A DNA stretch of 62,943 nucleotides, filler included, from Reclinomonas americana ATCC 50394 (taxonomy: Eukaryota): NCBI GenBank assembly GCA_048213135.1. It is 20 parts of 20 records of this genome, joined end to end, with 100 filler letters (N's around TTAATTAATTAA, not from the genome) between each part and the next. Parts side by side here need not be neighbours in the genome. Positions count along the whole stretch, not along the records: positions 51,770 to 55,725 come from AFZH01019962.1; positions 55,826 to 57,340 come from AFZH01019963.1; positions 57,441 to 58,617 come from AFZH01019965.1; positions 58,718 to 62,943 come from AFZH01019966.1; 16 more parts are not named here. One strand, 5' to 3'. Numbering within the stretch: position 1 is the first letter of the stretch; every line of letters begins with the position of its first letter. Below, piece after piece: positions 53,967-62,943 of this stretch. The notes below the pieces were generated by a model. The model was given only the letters and a program-made list of their open reading frames with translations, was not told the origin of the DNA and did no database searches. Both the position numbers and the translations under genes were made by a program.

Positions 53967-54335
53967 ATGAGACGTCTTCTGCTCGCCCTGATCGTCGCGT
54001 CCCCATCGGCCGCGAGTGCGGCCTCGACCGCGCTCGACGGCACCTGGCTGCGTGATGACGGCAACGCTCGCGTTCGTATCGCTCCCTGCGGCGACAAGAT
54101 CTGCGCCACCAATCTTTGGATCGGCGACGCCAGCAATGGCGAGGCAGCCGGCGACAAGCTGATCATGACGCTGGCGCGCCAGGCGGACGGCTCCTTCTCC
54201 GGCACCGCCTATGATCCCAAGCGGGACTGGTCCTATTCGATGACCATCAAAACCGCTCCGGGCGAACTCACCACGCGCGGTTGCATCCTCGGACGCCTCG
54301 TCTGCCGCGATGTCGGCTGGAAGTCGGCCGACTAG
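53967..54335 (+). CDS. DUF2147-family secreted protein
   Basis: Signal peptide, GTW....GNARVRIAPCG..ICA, GTAYDP and RGCILG.LVC. Confidence 0.88.
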   Translation: MRRLLLALIVASPSAASAASTALDGTWLRDDGNARVRIAPCGDKICATNLWIGDASNGEAAGDKLIMTLARQADGSFSGTAYDPKRDWSYSMTIKTAPGELTTRGCILGRLVCRDVGWKSAD

Positions 54336-54352
54336 CGGCCGGGCCAGCGCAG

Positions 54353-54378
54353 TGATCCGTCGCCGCCGCGTCACCGTA
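54353..54378 (+). promoter_or_regulatory. RpoE(ChrR) autoregulatory promoter
   Basis: TGATCC-N16-CGTA, 8 nt before the sigma-factor ATG; matches the established sigmaE-ChrR consensus. Confidence 0.8.
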
Positions 54379-54386
54379 TCTTCGCC

Positions 54387-55007
54387 ATGGTTGCCGCGTT
54401 CGCCCTGACTGTCGAAGATATGCGCGAGGCGTTAGCCGCAGCGCCGGGAGGTCGGTTCTTCGCTTTGTTCGACGCCAATGCCTTGATTGCCGCGATCGCG
54501 CGCTCGGGCGACCGGGACGCGTTCGCCGAGCTGTTCGATCACTTCGCGCCGCGCGTGAAGGGGTTGCTGATGCGTGGCGGGACCTCGGCCGAGCTGGCCG
54601 AGGAGATCGCGCAGGAAACGCTGCTCACGGTCTGGCGCAAGGCCGCCCTGTTCGATCCTGCCAAGGCGAACGCCTCGACCTGGATCGCCACGATCGCGCG
54701 CAACCGGCGCATCGACATCGCCCGGCGCGAAGCGCGTTCACGACTCTCGCAAGTGTATGAAATTCTCGATGAAGACGGACCTGAACAGCCTGACGAGACC
54801 ATCTCTGGAGCGGAGCGCGATGCGCGGATCAGGGCGGCGATGACCGGATTGTCCGCCGACCAGTACCGTGTCGTCGAACTCGCCTTCCTGGAAGAGTTCA
54901 GCCATCAGGACGTGGCGAAGCGCCTGGCGATCCCGCTCGGCACGGTGAAGTCGCGGCTGCGTCTCGCTTTGTCGCATCTGCGCGGCAAACTGGAGGATCT
55001 GCGATGA
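54387..55007 (+). CDS. rpoE: ECF sigma-70 factor (ChrR-associated RpoE)
   Basis: DRDAFAELFDHFAPRVK, WRKAALFDP, WIATIARNRRID and IPLGTVKSRLRLA; coupled to chrR. Confidence 0.92.
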   Translation: MVAAFALTVEDMREALAAAPGGRFFALFDANALIAAIARSGDRDAFAELFDHFAPRVKGLLMRGGTSAELAEEIAQETLLTVWRKAALFDPAKANASTWIATIARNRRIDIARREARSRLSQVYEILDEDGPEQPDETISGAERDARIRAAMTGLSADQYRVVELAFLEEFSHQDVAKRLAIPLGTVKSRLRLALSHLRGKLEDLR

Positions 55008-55627
55008 GCACGGCCCATCGCCCATCCGACGATACCCTTGCCGCCTTTGCCGGCGGCCATCTCGACGAAGGTCTGGCGCTGGCTGTCGCCGCGCATGTCG
55101 AGCTGAACAGCGAAAGCCGGCGCCTCGTGCAGGAGTTCCAGGCGGTTCAGGGCGCCCTGCTCGACCGCATCGAGCCGGTTGCGATGGCAAGAGGCGTCCC
55201 GGATCCATCTGGACAGAAGCCCGCGAACAATCCGATCGCTGCCCGTCCACCCGCCGAGCCGGACATGCCGAATGTTTTGCGTCCCTACGCCTTCGGGCCA
55301 TGGCGGCCGATCGGCATCCGGGTCGCGATGCGGCGCATCGAGGTGCCCGGAGCGCAGGCGCGGGTCTTCATGTTGCGGGCCGGTCCCGGGATCGCGCTGC
55401 CGCACCACAAGCACACCGGCTTCGAATGGACGACCATCCTGTCCGGCGCCTATGAGCACGAATATGGCCGCTATGCCGCCGGCGACTTCGATGAAGCCGA
55501 TGCCGGGCACGACCACACGCCGCGTGTCGACCCCGTCGAGGGGTGCACCTGCCTCGTTGCCATGACCGGCAACGTCCTGTTCCAGGGCTGGCTCGGCCGG
55601 CTGCTTCAACCGCTGGTGCGGCTGTGA
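55004..55627 (+). CDS. chrR: ChrR-family anti-sigma factor (ASD + cupin)
   Basis: HRPSDDTLAAFAGG.LDEGLALAVAAH; cupin PHHKHTGFEWT.ILSG, GDFDEAD and HTP. Confidence 0.92.
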   Translation: MSTAHRPSDDTLAAFAGGHLDEGLALAVAAHVELNSESRRLVQEFQAVQGALLDRIEPVAMARGVPDPSGQKPANNPIAARPPAEPDMPNVLRPYAFGPWRPIGIRVAMRRIEVPGAQARVFMLRAGPGIALPHHKHTGFEWTTILSGAYEHEYGRYAAGDFDEADAGHDHTPRVDPVEGCTCLVAMTGNVLFQGWLGRLLQPLVRL

Positions 55628-55725
55628 CCTTGGCTTCTTTCGCTGCGGCGCTGCTCTTCATCGCGGTCGCGATGTCGGCGACCATGCAGCTGGCGACCAG
55701 GATCGAGCGCAGCACCGGCAATTCC
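55624..55725 (+). CDS. DUF1295-like membrane protein (N-terminal fragment)
   Basis: GTG start overlaps the chrR stop. Hydrophobic N-terminus ending RSTGNS; typical neighbour in this locus. Confidence 0.55.
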
Positions 55726-55825
55726 NNNNNNNNNNNNNNNNNNNNNNNNNNNNNNNNNNNNNNNNNNNNTTAATTAATTAANNNNNNNNNNNNNNNNNNN
55801 NNNNNNNNNNNNNNNNNNNNNNNNN

Positions 55826-56565
55826 GCCACCCGCGCCAGACGATGGACATCTACGTTCCGGCCGGCGGTGGTTCAGGAAGGCCGGTCGTGTTCTTCATCT
55901 ATGGCGGTTCATGGGCCAACGGGGCCAAGGAGAGTTACGCCTTTGTCGGCGACGCCTTGGCAAGCCGCGGCTTCGTCACGGTGATCGCCGACTATCGGCT
56001 CGTGCCGGAAGTGCGCTTCCCCATCTTCATCGAAGATGGCGCAGCAGCCCTGCGCTTCGTCCATGACAACGTCGCGCGTTACGGCGGCGATCCGCGCAGG
56101 ATTCACCTCATGGGACATTCGGCCGGCGCCTACAACGCGATGATGCTGACGCTGGACAGAAGCTATCTCGCGCGCGTCGGCCTATCCCCCGGTGTCATTC
56201 GCTCGGCGGTGGGTCTTTCGGGCCCATATGATTTCCTGCCTCTGGACATCGACGTGACCAAGGCTGCCTTCGGCAACGCCCGCAATCTGGAACGAACGCA
56301 GCCGATCCATTTCGCTCGCAAGGACGCACCGCCGATCCTGCTTGCGACAGGCACCGACGACACCACGGTCCTGCCCCGCAACAGCGAGCAGCTCGCCGCT
56401 GCACTACGCCGCGCCGGTGCGCGCTCCGTCACGCTCAAGACCTATGCGGGCCTCGGCCACGCCGGAACGGCGGCGTCGCTCGCGCGCGCCATGAGCTGGC
56501 GAGCGCCCGTTCTCGATGATGTCGTCGAGTTCTGGCAGGAAGTCCCACCGGCTCTTCCCGAATGA
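55826..56565 (+). CDS. Alpha/beta hydrolase (esterase/lipase, 5' partial)
   Basis: YGGSW, DYRLVP, GHSAG nucleophile, DTTV and GH. Confidence 0.93.
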
Positions 56566-56802
56566 CCTGTCGTGATCTTCAGTTTGGGGCGGCCGCAGCC
56601 TGGAGAAGCCCACTTTGAAATGTTCGCTTCCTGGCTGAGGACGAGAGTCGGCCATCAGCCCAAGGCCCTTGCGGCAGCCCGGCGAACAAACCCCGGAAAT
56701 CCAGCTGAACCCGCCTATCGGCCTTTTCAATATCTGTTCCCTGGTGATCAGCATCAGGGATTGCGCCGGCATGGCTACCGGTCGTGGCACGCTGGAAACC
56801 CG

Positions 56803-57340
56803 TCAGACCTTCGGCTGCGGCAGGTTCAGCTCCTGCGTCAGCCATTGGGTGAACATGCGTACCGAACGGCGTGCTTTCGCCACGCGCGGAAAGACCAGGT
56901 AGTGACCGACATAGCGCACGTCCTGCGCTCGCCCTGCCAGAGGCGCCACCAGCCGGCCGTCGGCGATCTCGCGCTCAGCCAACCGCGTCGATTCCAGCGC
57001 GATCCCGAGGCCGTCCACTGCCGCAGCGATCGCCATGAACGAGCGATCGAAGCGCGAGCCGCGCGGCGCCGGCGGGCTGATGTCGTTGGCGCCGAACCAA
57101 CTCGTCCAGCGCACCCGCTTGTTGTCGCTTTCGATGAGTTTTGCGCCAAGCAGATCCTTGGGTGAGCTGATCCGCTCGGCAAGCTCCGGCGCGCAGAGCG
57201 GGGTGACGGTCTCCTCGCCGAGCGGGATGACGATCAGTCCCTCCTGCCGCGGCGGCCCGTAGCAGATATCGGCGTCGAACTCGTCATGTTCGAATTGCGG
57301 GTAATCGACGCCCGCCGCCAGTCGTACTTCGAGGCCGGGC
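56803..57340 (-). CDS. LysR-family regulator, GcvA-like substrate-binding domain (5' partial)
   Basis: FDADICYG, VTPLCAP and FDRSFMAIAAAVDGLGIALES. Confidence 0.9.
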
Positions 57341-57440
57341 NNNNNNNNNNNNNNNNNNNNNNNNNNNNNNNNNNNNNNNNNNNNTTAATTAATTAANNNN
57401 NNNNNNNNNNNNNNNNNNNNNNNNNNNNNNNNNNNNNNNN

Positions 57441-58355
57441 GACCGGCGAGGCCCAGCGGAAATTGTCGACGTCCTGCACGGCATAGCCCTGCAGCATCCA
57501 GCGGTACTGCCCGCCGGGCAGCTGGCCACGATAGGTGACGTCGAAGGAGTTGTTGTAGCGATCCTCCTGGCTGATCGTGTTGGCGCCGGAGCCGCGGAAG
57601 CCGACATCGTAGATGCCGTCGGTCCGCAGCGTCGTCTCGATGCGGTGGTCCGGATTGATCTGCAGGCCGAGCGCGCCGGCGACGCCCAGACGCTTCCAGC
57701 CGGTATTCTCCATTTTCGAGCCGCCGCGGCCGGAGCGGTAATCGTCGCGGGTGCCGCCGGAAATGCCGGCATAGTAGTCGATGCTGTCATAGAGCCCGCC
57801 GGTCTGGGCCTTGCCCTGCAGCAATCCCCACGAGCCGCCGGCCCCCTCGATCATCGTGCCGGGCGCGGTGCGGCCGGTCTTCAGGATGATGTTGATCACG
57901 CCGCCGATGTTCTGGCTGCCATAGACGACCGAGGACGGGCCGCGGATGATCTCGATTCGCTCGACATCGGCCGTCGACAGCTTGGACAGGTTGGCCGTGC
58001 CGGCGCGCCGGCCGTTCATCAGCACCAGCACCTGGCTGCGGAAGTCCTTGCCCTGCCCATCGGTGGCGCCACCGCGGATGTTGATAGAGGTCTGCCCGGG
58101 CGTCCATTGGCTGAAGAAGCCCACGGCATTCTCGGCCAACAGGTCGGTCAGCGACTGCGCATGGGTGCGCTCGATCTGCGAGGCGTCGATGACCTGGACC
58201 GTACCGGGAATGCTGCTGCGCGGCTCGGGACGCCCCGTCGCCGTCACGACAAGCTCGTCGAGCCTGATCTCGGTCTGGGCGAAGGCGGGAGCGCTCGCCA
58301 CCGTCAGGCAGGTCGCGGCAAGCAGGCAGGCTTTGCGGGCATTCGGGCGGATCAT
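57441..58355 (-). CDS. TonB-dependent receptor (3' partial)
   Basis: Signal peptide, TonB box DELVVTAT and plug motif VERIEIIRGPSSVVYG...GGVINII. Confidence 0.95.
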
Positions 58356-58617
58356 GGCAGGTCCCAGACGAGGATGGCCGAGCGGCGATGGCAGGAGAGG
58401 CGAAAGCCGGCCGGCGTTGGCACGGCCTGCTTGCGGAGGTGTTCGAAAAGCTGGGGCCGGCGCCGATCGTCAGGCGTCCAGCCGAGCCGGTCGGCCTGGA
58501 ACGCCGCGAAGGCGGCGAGGTCCGGCAGCTCGAGCGAGAAGGTCCAGTCCGTCACGTCGGAGCGGTGGGGCAGATCGGAGCCGAGCTTCGGCAGCACCAG
58601 ATCGATGCCCGGCGTCT
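58352..58617 (-). CDS. Hypothetical protein (5' partial)
   Basis: Open frame whose stop overlaps the receptor start (ATGA). Confidence 0.6.
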
Positions 58618-58731
58618 NNNNNNNNNNNNNNNNNNNNNNNNNNNNNNNNNNNNNNNNNNNNTTAATTAATTAANNNNNNNNNNNNNNNNNNNNNNNNNNN
58701 NNNNNNNNNNNNNNNNNTCAACGATCAGGGT

Positions 58732-59424
58732 ATGAACGACGTGATGTCAGCCATCGCCCAGCGCCGCACGCAGACCCTGACCGACATCGTCCAGGGCGAG
58801 ATCGAGCGCATGATCCTGGCCGGCGAGCTCGCGGCCGGCGAGCGCATCAACGAGCAGGCACTGGCTGCCCGCCTCGGCGTCAGCCGCGGGCCGATCCGCG
58901 AGGCGACACGCGGGCTGGTCCGTTCAGGCCTGCTCAATTCGGTGGTCAATCTCGGCGTGTTCGTCCGCCAGATTCCAGACGACGAGGCCAACGAGATCTA
59001 CGATGTGCGCGCCGTCGTCTTCGGTTTCGTCTGCCAGAGATTGGCGGGGCTGATCACGCCGGCGCAACTCGCGGCGTTGTCCGGGCTGATCGCACAGATG
59101 GACGACGCCATCGAGCATGACGACGGGGCGAGCTACTATCGCCTCAACCTCGCATTTCACGATGCCATCCTGGACTTCGCCGCCCATGGTCGTGCCAGGC
59201 AGACCTATGAAGCGCTGATCAAGGAGACCCATCTCCTGCGCCAGAGCGCGCTCAGCGCGGCCCCGCGCATGCGCGAATCCAATGCCGAGCACAAGGCGAT
59301 CGTCGAGGCCATGGCCGCCGGCGATGCGGATCGGGCTCGCCTGCTCGCCGAAGATCACGCCCATGGCGGCAAGCGCCGCTGGCTGCTCGCGCGGCAGGAA
59401 GCTGAGGAGCGCAAAGAGACCTGA
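58732..59424 (+). CDS. GntR-family (FCD) transcriptional regulator
   Basis: GERINEQALAARLGVSRGPIREA; NLAFH and SNAEHKAI. Confidence 0.95.
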   Translation: MNDVMSAIAQRRTQTLTDIVQGEIERMILAGELAAGERINEQALAARLGVSRGPIREATRGLVRSGLLNSVVNLGVFVRQIPDDEANEIYDVRAVVFGFVCQRLAGLITPAQLAALSGLIAQMDDAIEHDDGASYYRLNLAFHDAILDFAAHGRARQTYEALIKETHLLRQSALSAAPRMRESNAEHKAIVEAMAAGDADRARLLAEDHAHGGKRRWLLARQEAEERKET

Positions 59425-59481
59425 ACATCAGACGGGAACGAGCCCGAATGGGTCGGCCCGGCAACGGAGGAGGAAACGACT

Positions 59482-60450
59482 ATGCCAGCACATCAGAAGA
59501 CGTGCCTTGCGCTGGGCTTCGGCCTCGCTGTCCTGGTCGCGGGAGCAGTCCAGGCCCAGGAGGCGTTTCCGTCCAAGCCGATCGAGGTCGTCACCCATGC
59601 GGGTGTCGGCGGCGGCACGGACATCACCGCTCGCATGATGATGGTCCAGGCGCCCGCCGCGCTGAAGACCGAGCTCGTGGTCGCCAACAAGACCGGCGGC
59701 AGCGGCTCCGCTTCGCTCGGATATGCCCTCTCCCGTCCCAAGGACGGCCACACCATCATGCTGATCACGCAGACTCATTTGCTGACCCTGCTGCAAGGCA
59801 AGGGCGCGGGGGTGAAGGTCGGCGATCTCATCGGCATCGCCCGCGCCACCGAGGACCCGCAAGTCCTGATGGTAGGGGCCAACAGCCCCTACAAGACGGC
59901 GCAGGACTTCATCGCTGCGGCCAAGACCAAGTCCCTGAAATTCGGCACCACGCAGATCGGCAGCGTCGACCACATCGCCGTCGTCGGCTTCGCTGAGAAG
60001 GCTGGCCTGATGAAGCCGATCGCCGTGCCTTTCCGCGGCGGCGGAGACATCGTCGTCAACCTCGTCGGCGGCAATCTCGATGGCGCGCTGCTGAACTATG
60101 CCGAGGCTGAATCGCAGATCAAGGCGAATGAGGTCCGGGCGCTGATCGTCTTCTCCAGGAGCAGGATGGGCTCCCTGCCGCAGACCCCGACGGCGACCGA
60201 GATCGGCATCCCGGCAGTCTATTCGACGACGCGCGGCTTCGCCGTCCTCAAGGGCACGCCGGAAGACCGGATCAAGGCGCTGGAAGAGGGCCTGATCAAG
60301 TCGATGCAGGGCAAGATCTATCAGGATTACCTGAAGAGCTCGGGCCAGTCCGAGGGCAGCGTCGTCGGCCGCACCGAATGGCAGGCGGAGATCGACGAAT
60401 TCCTGAGGACCGGGGACGTCGCCTTGACCTCGCTCGGGATCAAGAAATGA
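59482..60450 (+). CDS. tctC: Tripartite tricarboxylate transporter substrate-binding protein
   Basis: FPSKPIEVV...GGGTDITAR, NKTGGSG, PKDGHT and VPFRGGG. Confidence 0.93.
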   Translation: MPAHQKTCLALGFGLAVLVAGAVQAQEAFPSKPIEVVTHAGVGGGTDITARMMMVQAPAALKTELVVANKTGGSGSASLGYALSRPKDGHTIMLITQTHLLTLLQGKGAGVKVGDLIGIARATEDPQVLMVGANSPYKTAQDFIAAAKTKSLKFGTTQIGSVDHIAVVGFAEKAGLMKPIAVPFRGGGDIVVNLVGGNLDGALLNYAEAESQIKANEVRALIVFSRSRMGSLPQTPTATEIGIPAVYSTTRGFAVLKGTPEDRIKALEEGLIKSMQGKIYQDYLKSSGQSEGSVVGRTEWQAEIDEFLRTGDVALTSLGIKK

Positions 60451-61001
60451 TGGCCCGACAGCTTCCGTCGCCGGCGACCACGCTGGCGACGTCGACGGCG
60501 GAGGGCGGCGCCGAACCATCCACCACCCCCGGGCCCGCGCCCGGCCGTGTCCACCCGGACGTCGCGACCGGGGTCTTCATCGTTGCGCTATGCCTTGGGG
60601 TCTGGGGCCTGACCCTGGCCTTCGACGATGTGCCGGCAGCGATAGCCACGGGCATGAGCCCGGCGACGTTTCCGCGGCTCGTTCTCGGCGTCATCATCGT
60701 GCTGGCGTGCTGGCTTGCCTTGACCGCCAGCAATCGCTCCCAGCCTGAGATCGAGGCGGTGCACCCGATGGTCTACGCCACGGCGGCCGCGATCGGCGGC
60801 GCGATGGCAGCCATGGCCGTGTTCGGAATCCATGGCGCAGTGTTCGCGTCCGTCATCGGCATCGGCCGTCTTTGGGGCGAGCGGCGGCTGCTGCTGTTGG
60901 CGACGATCGCCGCCGGCATGTCGCTCTCGCTTCATTTCGCCTTCGTACGCGGCTTTGGCATCGGCCTGCCACACGGCCTTCTTCAGACTTGGCTGAGCTG
61001 A
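60447..61001 (+). CDS. tctB: Tripartite tricarboxylate transporter small subunit
   Basis: About four TM segments with PATFPRLV and LPHG; lies between tctC and tctA. Confidence 0.9.
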   Translation: MMARQLPSPATTLATSTAEGGAEPSTTPGPAPGRVHPDVATGVFIVALCLGVWGLTLAFDDVPAAIATGMSPATFPRLVLGVIIVLACWLALTASNRSQPEIEAVHPMVYATAAAIGGAMAAMAVFGIHGAVFASVIGIGRLWGERRLLLLATIAAGMSLSLHFAFVRGFGIGLPHGLLQTWLS

Positions 61002-61055
61002 ACCGCCCGCGCATCGGGCCGGTCGGAGCGTTGCGCAACCAGCGACGAGGATCAG

Positions 61056-62561
61056 ATGGACGCTTTTCTCGCCGGCATGGCGATCCTTGCCGACCCCTAC
61101 ATGATCGGCATCATCCTCGCGGGAACGGTGCTGGGCGTCGTCGTGGGTGCGCTGCCCGGCCTCAGCGGCAGCACGACGGCGGCGCTTCTGCTGCCGATCA
61201 CCATCACGATGAGCCCTGTCGCCGGCATCGCCTTCCTCGGGGCGATCTATTGCGCCGCCAATTTCGGCGGCTCTATCACGGCCATCCTGATCAATACGCC
61301 CGGTGATCCGTCCGCCTCTGCGACGGCCTATGACGGCTATCCCATGGCGCGGCGCGGCGAGGCCGGGCGAGCCCTCGGCATGTCGACGATCGCGAGCGCG
61401 ATCGGCGGCATCTTCAGCGTCTTCGTGCTGATCGTCGCGGCCCCGCTGCTGGCGAAGGCGGCGTACAGCTTCGGCCCCCCTGAGTATTTCGCGCTCGCGA
61501 TCTTCGGCCTGTCGATGCTGGCTGCGGTGGGCAGTTCGACGGGAATCAAGAACCTGATGGTCGGCGCCTTCGGTGTGCTGCTGGCGACGATCGGGCTGGA
61601 CCTGATGACCGGCGTCGACCGCTTCACTTTCGGCATGCCGGAGTTGAGCGAGGGCCTCGGGCTGGTGCCGGTGCTCACCGGTCTGTTCGCGATCAGCGAG
61701 TTGCTGGTGCAGGCCGGCCGTCTGCAGATCATTCCCGAACGCCTCGGCCTCAATGCGATGAAACTGCCGTCGATGGCCGATTATCGCAAATGCGCCAAGG
61801 CGATCGGCCTGTCGAGCGTGCTGGGCACCTTCATCGGCATCTTGCCGGCGCTGGGCGCGACCACTGCCGCTCTGATCTCCTATAACGAGACCAGGCGCTG
61901 GTCGAAATACAAGGACGAGTTCGGCAAGGGCTCGATCGAAGGCATCGCCGGCCCCGAGGCCGCCAACAACGCCGCCGTCGGCGGCAGCATGGTGCCTACG
62001 CTGGCGCTCGGCATACCAGGCAGCGCGACCACGGCGATCATCCTCGCCGGCCTGATCGTCCAGGGCGTGAGGCCCGGCCCGCATCTGTTCAACGAGCAAC
62101 CCACCCTGCTCTACGCCGTCTTCGCCTCGATGCTGGCCTCGAACCTGATCTATGTCGTCCTCGGCCTGTTCGCCGCCAAGCTCTTCGCGCGGATCACGCT
62201 GATCCCCGATGCGATCCTGTGGCCGGGCGTACTGATCTTCGCGATCGTCGGCGCTTACGGCCCCAACCAGTCGCTGGTCGATGTCTGGGTCATGCTCAGC
62301 TTCGGCGTGATCGGCTATATCATGCGCCGCTACGGCTTCTCGCCTGCGCCGCTGGTGATGGGCCTGGTGCTCGGCACGATGGTCGAGGAGACGTTGAAGC
62401 AATCCTTGCTGATTTTCGACCACAACTGGCTGCTGTTCTTTAGCCGGCCGATCGTGGTCGCCCTGTTCTTGGTGACGGCACTGAGCATTTGCGCGCCCTG
62501 GCTGATGCGGGCGATCCGAGGCGCGGGGAAATCGACACGCCTGCGTGCCGCCGAGAAATAG
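61056..62561 (+). CDS. tctA: Tripartite tricarboxylate transporter large permease
   Basis: GALPGL, GGSITAILINTPG, DGYPMA, GPEAANNAA and PTLALGIPGS. Confidence 0.96.
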   Translation: MDAFLAGMAILADPYMIGIILAGTVLGVVVGALPGLSGSTTAALLLPITITMSPVAGIAFLGAIYCAANFGGSITAILINTPGDPSASATAYDGYPMARRGEAGRALGMSTIASAIGGIFSVFVLIVAAPLLAKAAYSFGPPEYFALAIFGLSMLAAVGSSTGIKNLMVGAFGVLLATIGLDLMTGVDRFTFGMPELSEGLGLVPVLTGLFAISELLVQAGRLQIIPERLGLNAMKLPSMADYRKCAKAIGLSSVLGTFIGILPALGATTAALISYNETRRWSKYKDEFGKGSIEGIAGPEAANNAAVGGSMVPTLALGIPGSATTAIILAGLIVQGVRPGPHLFNEQPTLLYAVFASMLASNLIYVVLGLFAAKLFARITLIPDAILWPGVLIFAIVGAYGPNQSLVDVWVMLSFGVIGYIMRRYGFSPAPLVMGLVLGTMVEETLKQSLLIFDHNWLLFFSRPIVVALFLVTALSICAPWLMRAIRGAGKSTRLRAAEK

Positions 62562-62943
62562 CCGCTCGGCCCCACAGGACGACGCAAGGTCTCGAACCGG
62601 AGCATTGCGAGGTCATGGAGCGGACGGAGCTCGGCCTCCCGCATTGGCAGATCGTCCCGAGGCTGGGCCGACACGCGTTAGGAGCCTTCTCGCCGCAACA
62701 TGAACGTCCGCAAACGCACGACGCATTGCGACATTCCGGCTTCGATGACGGCCGCAATCACGCCGCATCGCGGGACTGCCCTGCCGGAAGCGGTCGCATT
62801 TGTCCGGGCCGATTAGGGCGTCGGCTTCTGCTGGGGAACGACGCCCCGATCGACGGCTTTCAGGCCGCATAGCCCTTCGGGAAAGCATCCTGCACATCCG
62901 GCTCAGGGACTTTGCCGCCGAAGGCGGAATGCCTGTACCAGGG

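Noticed and set aside
53202..54374. N-terminal ~390 aa of the 839-aa ORF 51855-54374
   Set aside because: Antisense to two credible plus-strand genes; the oxidoreductase begins near 53201, just before its GxGxxG motif.
23798..62943. Horizontal transfer of bacterial genes into the eukaryote
   Set aside because: No contig contains both kinds of sequence, and the bacterial contigs include core ribosomal genes and tRNAs.

Overview
This window is an artificial concatenation of 20 contigs joined by 100-nt linkers (N44-TTAATTAATTAA-N44), and it mixes two organisms. Bases 1-23697 come from an unidentified intron-rich, microsatellite-rich eukaryote, probably microbial. Bases 23798-62943 come from a high-GC alphaproteobacterium (Hyphomicrobiales, Bosea-like gene content). 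The strongest signal is in the eukaryotic part: a paralogous family of ankyrin / coiled-coil / IRAK-Pelle-RLK-type kinase genes. It includes one complete 9-exon gene (4496-7628, 689 aa by my splice model), one copy truncated by a contig end, one apparently kinase-less copy and one pseudogene fragment. The ankyrin scaffold is nearly invariant while the ligand-facing positions are highly variable, which suggests a diversifying intracellular receptor-kinase system. The eukaryotic part also holds ASCC1, RRM and RS-domain gene fragments, an F-box-like gene, a decayed LRR-like tandem repeat and an unrecognised helical protein family. The bacterial part has rplU-rpmA, tRNA-Ser, tRNA-Gly with a decayed conjugative-element remnant, two-component systems, a general-stress-type island with EcfG-like promoters and a candidate 25-aa protein, an IS3 remnant, a GH2/ABC/LacI locus, an RpoE-ChrR locus whose ChrR lacks its zinc-binding cysteines, and a tctCBA transporter. 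All calls come from reading the sequence; no database search was run.
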